In this document: piece by piece, positions 21,851-42,346 of the stretch | How positions within the stretch are numbered: the stretch's first letter is position 1 | Layout: each line of letters opens with the position of its first letter | Source: the human T2T-CHM13v2.0 reference genome, Homo sapiens | DNA length: 64,000 nt | Strand: one strand, 5' to 3' | Assembly: GCF_009914755.1 (NCBI RefSeq) | Contig: NC_060947.1 | Made by a program: the position numbers and the translations under genes | Notes under the pieces: generated by a model | What the model was told of the DNA's origin: nothing | Databases searched by the model: none | The model's input: the letters and a program-made list of their open reading frames with translations, nothing else

Positions 21851-22776
21851 CCACTGTCCTGCAGACCCCAGAAATGTAGATCCACCGACAGCTTGCACTG
21901 TGCACGTGGAAAAGCCACAGGCACTCAATGCCAGCCTGTGAAATGAGCTATGAGGGCTTTACCCTGCAGAGCCACAGATTTGGAGGTGCCCAAAACCTTG
22001 GGAGGTCATCCCTTGTGTCACTGTGGATGGATTTGAGACACAGAGTCAAAAAAGATTAGGAGCTTTAAGATTTAATAACTGCCCTGATGGGTTTCAGAAT
22101 TGCATGGGGCCTGTAGCCCCTTTGTTTTGGTCCATTTCTCCTTTTGGAAATGGAGTATTTGCCCAATGTGTATACCCCCATTGTATCTTGGAAGAAACTC
22201 GTTTCTTATTTTACAGGCTCATAGGCAGAAGGGACTTGCCTTATCTCAGATGAGACTTTGGACTTGAACTTTTGAGTTAATGCTGGAAAGAGTTAAGACT
22301 TTGGGAGACTTTTGGGAAGGCATGATTGTGTTTTGGAATGTGAGAAGGGCTTTAGATTTGGGAGGTGCCAGGGGTAGGATGATATAATTTGGTTCTGTGT
22401 CCTCATCTAAATCTTATGTTGAATTATGATCCTGAGTGTTGGAGGTGAGGCCTGGTAGAAGGTGACTCGATCATGGGGGTGGTTTCTAATGGTTTAGCAT
22501 CATCTCCCTAGGTGCTGTCTTGTGAAAGAGTTCTCATCAGATCTGGTTGTTTGAAAGTGTGTAGCACTTCCCCCTTCACTCTATATCTCTCCTGTTCTCC
22601 CATGGTAAGTTGTGCTTGCTTCCCCTTCACCTTCCACCATGATTGTAAGTTTCCTGAGGCCTCCCGCCATGTTTCCTATAAAGCCTGTGGAACTGTGAGT
22701 CAATTAAACCTCTTTTCTTCATAAATTACCCAGTCTCAGGTAGTTCTTTATAGCAATGTGAAAAAGGACTAATACA
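21851..22776 (+). mobile_element. MSTA-type MaLR: truncated internal region (21851-22379) plus 3' LTR (22380-22776)
   Basis: THE1/MST internal motifs, a polypurine tract 'gggaggtgccaggggtagga', and an LTR running TGATATAATTTGG to GGACTAATACA. Confidence 0.85.
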
Positions 22777-23056
22777 ATTAAGAATGATAAACTGATATAT
22801 AAGTAGCTCCATCATCTAGATATTTACTTTTACATAATATTCAATGGTTTTTACTACTTATTAGAGAAAGAAGAACATGAACAATTGTTTTCAGAAATGA
22901 ATGAACTACTCAATTCATCTCAATACCCCTTGTTAAAACATTCAGCTTTCATCTGATGCCACCCTGACAGTGAGAAATCTCTGCATAAAATTTGGGTTTA
23001 TGTTCATTAAAATCTTCAGAAATGTCTAAAATAATGACTAAATAATTGGTGCTGCT

Positions 23057-23128
23057 TTCTTGTTAATTACGTAATTAACAAGAATACATAACATTCTTGT
23101 TAACATAATTAACATAATTAACAAGAAT
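23057..23128. repeat. Perfect 28-bp palindrome plus an adjacent related inverted repeat
   Basis: TTCTTGTTAATTAC|GTAATTAACAAGAA at 23057-23084; ATTCTTGTTAA...TTAACAAGAAT at 23093-23128. Confidence 0.95.
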
Positions 23129-24479
23129 ATTACCAAGAATAATAATACATACTCATAATTACAATGAGTTTGTATTTTCTAATTTGGCAGAAATAAATAA
23201 TAATGTGTATTCATAAAGCTATTTATTATCAAACCAGATATACTTTGGTTTAAAACTGTGAACAATTTCACCTTTCTCATTTATGTTAAATACTCATTCT
23301 TAATTTTAAAATTGAATTTTACTTTAATTTCTAAAACCTGTAATCGACTGAAAAGTGGAAGTCAATGTGGCGATTCCTCAGGGATCTAGAACTAGAAATA
23401 CTATTTCACCCAGCAATCCCATTACTGGGTATATATCCAAAGGATTATAAAACATGCTGCTATAAAGACACATGTGCATGTATGTTTATTGTGGCACTAT
23501 TCACAATAGCAAAGATTTGGAATCAACCCAAATGTCCATCAATGACAGACTGGACTAAGAAAATGTGGCACACAGGGGAGGAGCCAACATGGCCGAATAG
23601 GAACAGCTCTGGTCTACAGCTCCCAGCGTGAGCAACGCAGAAGACGGTGATTTCTGCATTTCCATCTGAGATACTGGGTTCATCTCACTAGGGAGTGCCA
23701 GACAGTGGGCACAGGTCAGTGGGTGCGCGCACAATGCGTGAGCCCAAGCAGGGCGAGGCATTGCCTCACTTGGGAAGTGCAAGGGGTCAGGGAGTTCCCT
23801 TTCTGAGTCAAAGAAAGGGGTGACGGACGGCACCTGGAAAATCGGGTCACTCCCACCTGAATACTGCGCTTTTCTGATGGGCTTAAAAAACGTCTCACCA
23901 CGAGATTATATCCCGCACCTGGCTCGGAGGGTCCTACGCCCATGGAGTCTCACTGATTGCTAGCACAGCAGTCTGAGATCAAACTGCAAGGCGGCAGCGA
24001 GGCTGGGGGAGGGGCGCCCGCCATTGCCCAGGCTTGCTTAGGTAAACAAAGCAGCTGGGAAGCTCGAACTGGGCGGAGCCCACCACAGCTCAGGGAGGCC
24101 TGCCTGCCTCTGTAGGCTCCACCTCTGGGGGCAGGGCACAGACAAACAAAAAGACAGCAGTAACCTCTGCAGACTTAAATGTCCCTGTCTGACAGCTTTT
24201 AAGAGAGCAGTGGTTCTCCCAGCACACAGCTGGAGATCTGAGAACGGGCAGACTGCCTCCTCAAGGGGGTCCCTGACCACTGACCCCTGAGCAGCCTAAC
24301 TGGGAGGCACCCCCCAGCAGGGGCACACTGACACCTCACACCACAGGGTATTCCAACAGACCTGCAGCTGAGGGTCCTGTCTGTTAGAAGGAAAACTAAC
24401 AAACAGAAAGGACATCCACACCGAAAACCCATCTGTACATCACCATCATGAAAGACCAAAAGTAGATAAAACCACAAAG

Positions 24480-25496
24480 ATGGGGAAAAAACAGAACAGA
24501 AAAACTGGAAACTCTAAAAAGCAGAGCGCCTCTCCTCCTCCAAAGGAGCGCAGTTCCTCACCAGCAACTGAACAAAGCTGGATGGAGAATGACTTTGACG
24601 AGCTGAGAGAAGAAGGCTTCAGACGATCAAATTACTCTGAGCTACGGGAGGACATTCAAACCAAAGGCAAAGAAGTTGAAAACTTTGAAAAAAATTTAGA
24701 AGAATGTATAACTAGAATAACCAATACAGAGAAGTGCTTAAAGGAGCTGATGGAGCTGAAAACCAAGGCTGGAGAACTACGTGAAGAATGCAGAAGCCTC
24801 AGGAGCCGATGCGATCAACTGGAAGAAAGGGTATCAGCGATGGAAGATGAAATGAATGAAATGAAGTGAGAAGGGAAGTTTAGAGAAAAAAGAATAAAAA
24901 GAAATGAGCAAAGCCTCCAAGAAATGTGGGACTATGTGAGAAGACCAAATCTATGTCCGATTGGTGTACCTGAAAGTGATGGAGAGAATGGAACCAAGTT
25001 GGAAAACACTCTGCAGGATATTCCCCAGGAGAACTTCCCCAATCTAGAAAGGCAGGACAACGTTCAGATTCAGAAAATACAGAGAACGCCACAAAGATAC
25101 TCCTCGAGAAGAGCAACTCCAAGACACATAATTGTCAGATTCACCAAAGTTGAAATGAAGGAAAACATGTTAAGGGCAGCCAGAGAGAAAGGTTGGGTTA
25201 CCCTCAAAGGGAAGCCCATCAGACTAATAGCGGATCTCTCAGCAGAAACCCTACAAGCCAGAAGAGAGTGGGGGCCAATATTCAACATTCTTAAAGAAAA
25301 GAATTTTCAACCCAGAATTTCATATCCAGCCAAACTAAGCTTCATAAGTGAAGGAGAAATAAAATCCTTTACAGACAAGCAAATGCTGAGAGATTTTGTC
25401 ACCACCAGGCCTGCCCTAAAAGAGCTCCTGAAGGAAGCACTAAACATGGAAAGGAACAACTGGTACCAGCCACTGCAAAATCATGCCAAAATGTAA
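24480..25496 (+). pseudogene. L1 ORF1p with premature stop
   Basis: In-frame TGA at 24867-24869 (CGA>TGA relative to element A); the frame is otherwise open to NHAKM. Confidence 0.95.
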
Positions 25497-25544
25497 AGAC
25501 CATCAAGACTAGGAAGAAACTGCATCAACTAACGAGCAAAATAA

Positions 25545-29383
<3,839 letters not shown>

Positions 29384-30057
29384 ACAATGAGATCACATGG
29401 ACACAGGAAGGGGAATATCACACTCTGGGGACTGTTGTGGGGTGGGAGGAGGGGGGAGGGATAGCATTGGGAGATATACCTAATGCTAGATGACGAGTTA
29501 GTGGGTGCAGTGCACCAGCATGGCACATGTATACATATGTAACTAACCTGCACAATGTGCACATGTACCCTAAAACTTGAAGTATAATTAAAAAAAAAAG
29601 ATGGGGGAAAAAAAAAGAAATCAACTGAATAGTAAAAAAAAAAAAGAAAAGAAAAAAAAGAAAATGTGGCACATATACACCATGGAATACTATGCAGCCA
29701 TAAAAAATGATGAGGTCATGTTCTTTGTAGGGACATGGGTGAAGCTGGAAACCATCATTCTCAGCTAACTATCGCAAGGACAAAAAACCAAACACTGCAT
29801 GTTCTCACTCATAGGTGGGAATTGAACAATGAGAACACATGGACACAGGAAGGGGAACATCACACATCGGGTCCTGTTGTGGGGTGGGGGGGGTGGGGAG
29901 GGATAGCATTAGGAGATATACCTAATGTTAAATGAAGAATTAATGTGTGCAGCACACCAACATGGCACATGTATACATATGTAACAAACCTGCACATTGT
30001 GCACATGTACCCTAAAACTTAAAGTATAATTTAAAAAATTAAAAAAGAGATAAAAAC

Positions 30058-31053
30058 GAAAAGTGTCTGTTCATGTCCTTTTCCTGCTTTTTAATGAAGC
30101 TGATTGTTTTTTGCTTGTAAATTTGTTTAAGTTTCTTATAGATTCTGGATATTAGACCTTTGCCGGAAACGTAGTTTACAAATATTTTCTCACATTCTGT
30201 AGATATAGATGTGGCCAAGAAGTATATGAAAAAATGCTGAACATCTCTAATCATTAGAGAAATGTAAATCAAAACCACAATGAGTTACCATCTCACACAA
30301 GACAGAATGGCTATTATTTAAAAATAAAAAAAAAATAACAGATGCTGGCGAGGTTATAGAGAAAAGGGATCACTTGTACTCTGCTAATTGGAGTGTAAAT
30401 TACTTCAGCCATTTGGGAAAACAGTGTGTTAATACCTCGAATAACAGAATTACTGAAAATAGAATTACTATTCGACCTAGCAATCCCGTTATTTCATATA
30501 TACCCAAACGAATATAAACTTGTCTGCCATAAGGACACTTGCATGGCTATGCTTATTGAAGCACTATTCACAATAACAAATACATGGAATCAACCTAAAT
30601 GCCCATCAGTAGAAGAGTGGATAAAGAAAATGCGGTCCATATATACCATAGAATACTGTGGGGATCGTAAAGAAGAATTAGATCATGTTTTCTTGTTGTT
30701 GTTTTTGTTTTTTATTCAGCAACGTGAATGGAGCTGGAGACCAATATTCTTAGCAAACTAATTCAGGAAGAGAAAACTAAGTAATGCATGTTATCACTTA
30801 TAAGTGGGAGCTAAGTAACGAGAGCACGTGGACACAAAGAAGGGCTCAACAGACACTGAGACCTACCTGAAGGTGGATGGTGGGATGAGGAAGAGGATCA
30901 GAAAAATACCTATTGGGTACTATGCTTAGTAACTGGGTGACAAAATAATCTGTACACCAAACCCCCATAACACAAGTTTACCTATATAGCAAACCTACAC
31001 ATGTACCCCTGAACCTAAAATTTATGTTAAAAGAAAAAATAATAAAAAATAAA
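30058..31053 (+). mobile_element. L1PA15/16-type 3' fragment with 5' inversion
   Basis: 30058-30203 is antisense ORF2 and ~30204-31053 is sense ORF2 end plus a 3'UTR of older L1PA type ('aggatcagaaaaatacctattgggtactatgc', 'tacccctgaacctaaaat'). Confidence 0.82.
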
Positions 31054-31813
31054 ATTTTGTGATCGGTCTTTTAAAAACAACATCTATGGATACCAACCGC
31101 ACATCAGTGTGCTGAAAATTTCATAAACACTAGACTACATGATTGCTAAAGTATTTTTGCACTTCTAATTCTAATATTTCTTCCAAAAATATTCTAACTG
31201 TATTAGAGCCAGTCAGTTTTAACTACTAAAACAAATTCTAAAATATGTAACAAATTTTCCTTGCCTTTTAGAATTTCAATCTACAGAACAAAGCAGGTCA
31301 AGTTACAATTTTATATTTTTATGACATTAAAGAAAGTTTCTAATATAGGCTAAACATGTACCTTTGTCTAACTCAAAAAGTGAATCCTTCTCTATCTTTT
31401 CGACATCATGGATTTATAGAAATTATAACATCTGGGTGACACATCGAGGTAAAGAAAATACGTTGTCTGAAGCTAGAGACAATCAGCCCAGAGGGATCGG
31501 TTTGCCACAGGACCCCTCTAAGCCTTCTCAAGAGCTGAGTCTTCTTAGCTATACATAGCAATATCTTAGTAAAACTGAAAACCATCTATGGCACTCCTGT
31601 TAGGAAACTCTCATGTATGGATTAAGCATGCATTTGATTTCTAGAATCAGAAAGATTGGGTTTGAGGCTGTTCACACTTGGCCTTTATTGTAAGAACAGT
31701 AGAGAGCAGCTTTTGAAATTTAAACAATGAAGTAATAAGATGTAAATTATGCTTAAAAACAAAAAAGTATATATATGAACACAATGTGGAAGATGAACTA
31801 CTTAATTTATATT

Positions 31814-31885
31814 GAGTTATTTAATTTATCTAACTTTCAGTTTTCTCACCTACAAAGTGGAATAATAATTACCTCATAGGATCTT
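31814..31885 (+). mobile_element. MIR core fragment
   Basis: 'agttatttaattt...tcagttttctcacctacaaagtggaataataattacctcatagg'. Confidence 0.6.
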
Positions 31886-31896
31886 AAAGAAATAAT

Positions 31897-32130
31897 GCAT
31901 GCATTTATTAAATTGTGTAACACATATGCATTAAAAGACAAGGCACTGAGCTAGGCATTGGGAATAAAGTAGTAATAAGGCAGACATGGTTTATATAATT
32001 TATAATTATCAGAAAAGATAGATATTAAACAAATAATTACAAATGCACTGAATAGTACAAAAAGGTACAGATTGAGTTTACTATAGTTGGTATGTGTTGA
32101 GGATGGGTGCAAAAATCAGGACACATCCTG
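31897..32130 (-). mobile_element. L2 3' remnant
   Basis: 'gcatttatt...aaggcactgagctaggcattgggaataaagtagtaataaggcagacatggt' resembles the L2 3' end in antisense. Confidence 0.6.
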
Positions 32131-32883
32131 AATAAATAATATACTTACTAATTCTCAGAATTCACAAGTTATTTGAACTTTGGAAATTTATGTCTTTTCC
32201 AATAGCTCAAGAATTTTCTTGTATGTCATGTTGAAAACCTTTGGCATTATTCTAAGAATAATACAGAGCAAGTTGGCATCCTGGGAAAGAGAGAAAAAAA
32301 ATTGAGGAAGATAATAAGAATTATAATAATAATGAACATGAGGTGGAAGATACTGTTCCCAAGTGTCATATCGTCTGGGAAATAATATTCAAAATCCAAA
32401 ACAGTAGTTTTCTAACTTCATTTCTAATAAGTATCAACTGGTGTAGGTACACTTATCACTTCTTTTTTGTAACACTCAGTGCACTTTTATTTATTTCCCC
32501 AATGTCTATCTTCTCCTGATAGACTGTTGCATTTGTTAAGTCATGGTACATCAGGATAATCTTCTTTATGCTCAAGATATAATACCCTCAGAGATTTTCA
32601 TAGAGTAAATATTAGATGAGGGCAAGGGCATTTGTATTTTGAACAAGACTTTTAGATTATTCTAATATAGCACCAGTCCATAGACAGATTTTTAAAAAAT
32701 GTAGTCAAAATAATAACAAAAAGGACACCCATTATCCCACAATCCAAACCAAAAATTATGACATAAGTGAAAAATTGATGTAATCCTCTCCTATCTCATC
32801 CTTCTATTTTCCTTCAGGTCTAACGATTAGCCTGAATTTTACATTTATCATTTCCATGATAATTGAGTGTTTTATCAGTTCTT

Positions 32884-35832
<2,949 letters not shown>

Positions 35833-35859
35833 CAGTCTTATATTTTAGTCTTAACGACG

Positions 35860-35999
35860 TATTCTTTACTTTCTTGAGATACCATCACACAGTATAAAAT
35901 CCACTCATTGAAAGTATGTGATCATAAATTCCATGGTTTTTAGCATATTCAGAGTTGTGCAACCATCATCTCAATATAAAAGTATTTTGATCTCCCCTT

Positions 36000-36038
<39 letters not shown>

Positions 36039-36184
36039 GTCAATCATTATCCCAGGCCCAGCCTAAAGTCACCAGTAAGCTATGCTATACCTCTATAAAT
36101 GTATCTATTTGGAACATTTCATATAAATGGAATTATACCATTTGCAATCATTTGTGATTGGCTTCTTTCATTTTAGCATATGTA
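35860..36184 (-). mobile_element. L1MB/ME-type 3' end with (CA)n at 36002-36032
   Basis: 'tttagcatattcagagttgtgcaaccatc' and 'acatttcatataaatggaattatac'. Confidence 0.65.
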
Positions 36185-36443
36185 TTTTTAAAAAGACATT
36201 TATTCAGAGTCATGATCAGACTATTACATTTAGCAATCAACAGCATTAGTGAAAAACAAAATTCACTACATTAAAACCCTTTGTTGGAATGCTTTACACT
36301 TTCTACAGAACAAAAACTAAAACACCCTGTTATACAATTAGGCACAAATACAACCTTTGAGTTTTTTGCCCATACACCTTACTGTTGTCTAAAACATGTC
36401 TTCTTTGTAGCCTCTAGACCCTGCCACCGCTGTGCTTGACTGA
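36185..36443 (-). pseudogene. HNRNPA1: Processed-pseudogene fragment of the HNRNPA1 mRNA 3'UTR
   Basis: The reverse complement reads tcagtcaagcacagcggtggcaggg...ctacaaagaagacatgttttagaca...gtgtaaagcattccaacaaagggttttaatgtag...gctgttgattgctaaatgtaatagtctgatcatgactctgAATAAAtgtc. I recognise this from memory as the HNRNPA1 3'UTR. AATAAA is at 36199-36204. Confidence 0.82.
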
Positions 36444-38985
36444 AAATAATTTTTTATTGATACATATTTTATATAGTAATACTTGTGAGTATTTCTTACA
36501 TGCATTGAATGTGCAATTATCACATTAGTGTATTTGGGGTATCTATCCACTGGAGTATTGATCATTTCTATGTATTGGAAATATTTTAAGTTATCTCTTC
36601 TAGCTACTTTGAAATATTTAATATATCGTTACTAACTGTAGTCAGCCTACTCTGCTGTTTAACATTAGAACTTATTTCTTTTATGTAAGTGTGTGTTTTT
36701 ACCCATTAACAAACTTCTCTTCATCTCTCCTCCCATCCATACATCCTTCCCAGGATCTAGTGTCTATCATTTTATTCTCCACCTCCATGAGATCAACAAT
36801 TTTAGCTTCTGCCTATGAATATAACATGAAGTCAGGTAGTATTATACTTCCAAGCTTTGTCCTTTTTGTTCAGGATTGCTTTGGCTATTTGGGCTCTTTT
36901 TTGAATTCCTGCAAATTTTATGATATCTTTTTCTCACTACATAAAAAATGACCTTGGCATTTTGCTACAGATTGTATTGAATCTGTAGATTTCTTTGGGC
37001 AGTATGGTCACTTAACAATATTAATTCTCCAGATTCAGAAGCATGGAATATCTTTTTATTTGTTAGTGTCCTCTTCAGTTTGTCTCATCAATGCTTTCTA
37101 GTAGTTTTCCTTGTAGATATGTTTGACCTCTTTGGTTAAATATATTTGTAGGTTTTTTTTTTTTTTTTTTTTTTTTGTAGCTATTGTAAATGGGATTGCG
37201 TTCTGGAATTCTTTTTTGGCTAATCCATTACTGGTGTATAGAAATGCTACTGACTTTTTATGTTTATGTTGTATCCTGCATTATTACTGAATTCATTTAT
37301 CAGATCTAAGATTTTGAGGTGGGGTCTTTAGGCAAACACACACACACACACACACACATACACACACACACACACATATATATGATCATGTCATTGGCCG
37401 AAACAGTTTGACTTCCCCATTTCCAGTTTGAATGCCTTTTAATTTTTTCTCCTGCCTGTTTTTTTCTGGCTGGGACTTCCAGTGCTTTGTGGAATAAGAG
37501 TGGTGACAGTGGGCATTCTTGCCTTATTCCAGTTGTTAGAAGAAAGGCTTTCAGCTTTTCCCCATTTAGAATGGTCTTAGCTGTGGGTTTGTTATACATA
37601 GGCTTTATTGTTGACGTACACTCCTTCTATGCCTAGTTTGTTGAGCGTTTTTAATCATGAGGGGATGCTGAATTTCATCAAATGCTTTTTCTACATTGGT
37701 TGAGGTGATCATAAGGTTTTTGTCTTTAATTATGTTAATGTGATGTATCATACTTACTGATTTGTGTATGTTGAGCTATCTTGGCATCCCTGAGATAAAT
37801 CCCACTTGATCATGATATATTATGTTTTGATGCGCTGTTGAATTCGGTTTGTCAGTATTTTGTTGAGAATTTTTGCATTTGTGTTTCTTAGAGATACCGG
37901 TCTCTAGTTTTCTTTTTTGATTGTTGCATCTTTGCCTGGTTTTGATATCAGAGTAATGCTGGCCTTTTAGAATGAGTTAGAGAAAATTTCTTCCTCTTCA
38001 ATTATTTTGGAATAGTTTGAGAATTGTGTTACTTCTTCTTTGAAAATTTGGTAGACTTTGGCAGTGAAGTCATTCAGTTTCTGCTTTGAGCTCATTACTT
38101 GTTATTAGTCTGTTCAGGTTTTCAATTTCTTCTTGATCCAATCTTAATAGATCGCATGTTTCCAGGAATTTATCAATTTTCTCTATATTTTACTGTTTGT
38201 TAGTGTACAGTTGTTTATAGTAGTTTCACTGAACTTTTGTATTTCTTCCGTATCAGTTGTGAAGTTTCTGTTTTCATTTCTGATTTGTTTATTTGGGTCT
38301 TCTCTTTTTTCTTTTTGGTTAATCTAGCAAGTGGTGCATTATATTATTTTTTAACACACACAAAAAACAGTTTTTCATTTTGTTAATCTTTTTATTGTTT
38401 TTCTTTTCTTTATTTTGTTTAGTTATGCTCTGATCTATATTTCTTTCCATCTACTAATTTGGGGTTTTGTTTGTCTTGTTTCTTCTTTTAATTTTTTTAA
38501 TTTTTAATATTTGTGGTGTATACATTTATGGTATACATGAGATGTTTTGATGTAGGCATGCAATGTGAAATAAGTGCCACTCTCTCCTGGTCTGTAAGGT
38601 TTCCACTGAGAAGTCTGCAGCCACACTTACTGGAGCTTCATTGTATGTTATTTGTTTCTTTTCTCTTGTTGCTTTTAAAATCCTTTCTTTATTCTTGACC
38701 TTTGGGAGTTTGGTTATTGAATGTCTTGAGGTAATCTTCTTTGGGTTAAATCTGCTTGATTTTCTATAGCCTTTCTATACTTGGATATTGATATCTTTCT
38801 CTAGGTTTGCGAACTTCTCTGTTATTAGTCTGTTAAACTTTCTACTCCTATTTCTTTCTCTGCCTCCTCTTAAGGCCTATAACCCTGTTATATTTGTCCT
38901 TTTGAGGCTATTTTCTAGAGCTTGTAGGCAAGCTTCATTGTTTTCTTTTCTTGCTTTTTTTTGTCTCCTCTGATTGTGTATTTTC

Positions 38986-39303
38986 TTATTTATTTATTTA
39001 TTTGTTTATTTATTTATTGGTGGAGTTTTGCTCTTTTCCCCAGGCTGGAGAGCAATGGTGCAATTTCAGCTCACTGCAACCTCCCCCTGCTGGGTTCAAG
39101 TAATTCTCCTGCCTCAGCCTCCTGAGTAGCTGGGATTAGAGGTGCCAACCACCACGCCCAGCTAATTTTTTTTCATATTTTTAGTAGAGAAGGGATTTCA
39201 CCATGTTGCCCAGACTGATCTTGAACTCCTGACCTCAAGTTATTCACCCTTCCTCGACCTCCCAAAGTGCTGGGATTATAGGTGTAAGCCACCATGCCTG
39301 GGC
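38986..39303 (-). mobile_element. AluS (Sp/Sq-like)
   Basis: Dimeric Alu in antisense with a (TTTA)n tail; approximate TSD tgtgtat. Confidence 0.9.
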
Positions 39304-40837
39304 AAACTGTGTATATTGAAATAACCTGTCCTCAAGCTCACTAATTCTTTTCTCTGCTTGATCAGTTCTACTCTTAAAATATCATGATGCATTCCTCAGT
39401 AAACCAATTGCATTTTTCAGCTTCAGAATTTCTGCTTGATTCTTTTTAATTATTTCAGTCTTTTTGTTCATTTGATCATGTTAGAATTCTGATTTACTTC
39501 TGTGTTATCTTGAATTTATTTGAGTTTCCTCAACAATGTTGTATTCTGTCTCTGAAAGGTCATATATCTCTGTTTCTCCATGATTAGTCCCTGGTGCCTT
39601 ATTTGTTTCATTTGGTGAGGTCATGTCTTCCTGAATGGTTTTGATGCTAGTAGATTTTGTTGTTGTTTTTTCTGGACATTTAAGAGTTAGGTATTCATTG
39701 CATTCTTTATTGTCAGGGCTTATTTGTACTCATCCTTCATGAGAAGGCTTTCCAGATATTCAAAGTCCTTGGATATTGTGATCTGAGCTGTGTCTACTTT
39801 AGGGGGCACCCCAAGCCCAGTAAGTCTGTGGTTCTTGCAGACTCATAGAGGTACTGCCTTCATGGTTCTGAATAAGATCCACAATTCTCTGCATTACCAG
39901 GCAGAGACTCTTGTTCTCTTTCCTTACTCTCTTCAAAACAAACAAAGTATCTCTATCTCTGTTCGGAGCATGTATAGCTGGGGATCTAGTGGCACAAGCA
40001 CCCTTGGGGGCACCACTACTATGATTGTGTTGCGTCCGACCCGAAGCTAACACAGCACTGAGTCTTGCACAAGACCTGCTGTAAACACTCCCTGCCTACT
40101 GCCTATCTTCACTCTTGGCCCTGGGGTTCTACAATCAGCCTGTGGCAAAGCCATCCAGGCCTGTGTTCTTCCCTTTAAGGTGACAAGGTCCCTCATGCCC
40201 CAGGTGGGTCCAGAGGTGCTGTCCAGGAGTCAGGGACTAGAGTAAAAACCCTTAGAAGTCTGCTTATTGCTCTATTATACTATGGCTGAGCTGGCACTCA
40301 AACCATAAGGTGCAGTTCTTCCCACTCTTCATTATTGTTTCCAAAGGCAGAGGAGACTTACCCCATAATCTTTACCACCACAGACCACAGTGAATACTAC
40401 CAGAATACCACCAATGTTCCCTTAAAGCCCAAGGGCTCTTAAGGCAGCCTTTGGTAAATGCTGCCTTGCCTGGAAATCACCCTTCACAGAGGTGGGCTCC
40501 TCTCTGACTCAGAGCAGGACTAGAAATGCTATCCTACAGTCAATTTATGGAAGTGGGGACTCCAAGAGTCCACCTGGTGCTCTACTTCCCTGTGGCCATG
40601 CTGGCATCTAAGGTGCCAGACAAAGTCCCATTTACTTTACACTCCACTTTTCTCAAGAAGATGGAGTTTTGCTCTGTAGTCATCAGAGCTGGTTATGTGC
40701 TGAGTCTCACCTGAAGCCAGCAAGTCTCAGAGGCTCACCCAAGACCCTCAACATAGTACCTGGGTATTGTGGCTGGTTATGCAGGGCCCAAGGAGTCTTC
40801 AGCTAGCAGGTGATGAATGCTGCCAGGACTGGGTCCT

Positions 40838-42346
<1,509 letters not shown>

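Noticed and set aside
29597-29620. Tail block 'aaagatgggggaaaaaa' resembling the ORF1 start
   Set aside because: Too short and low-complexity to distinguish from chance; treated as part of the transduced tail.
29879-29902. G-run, G-quadruplex-like tract
   Set aside because: It is the standard G-rich tract of the L1 3'UTR, present in every copy.
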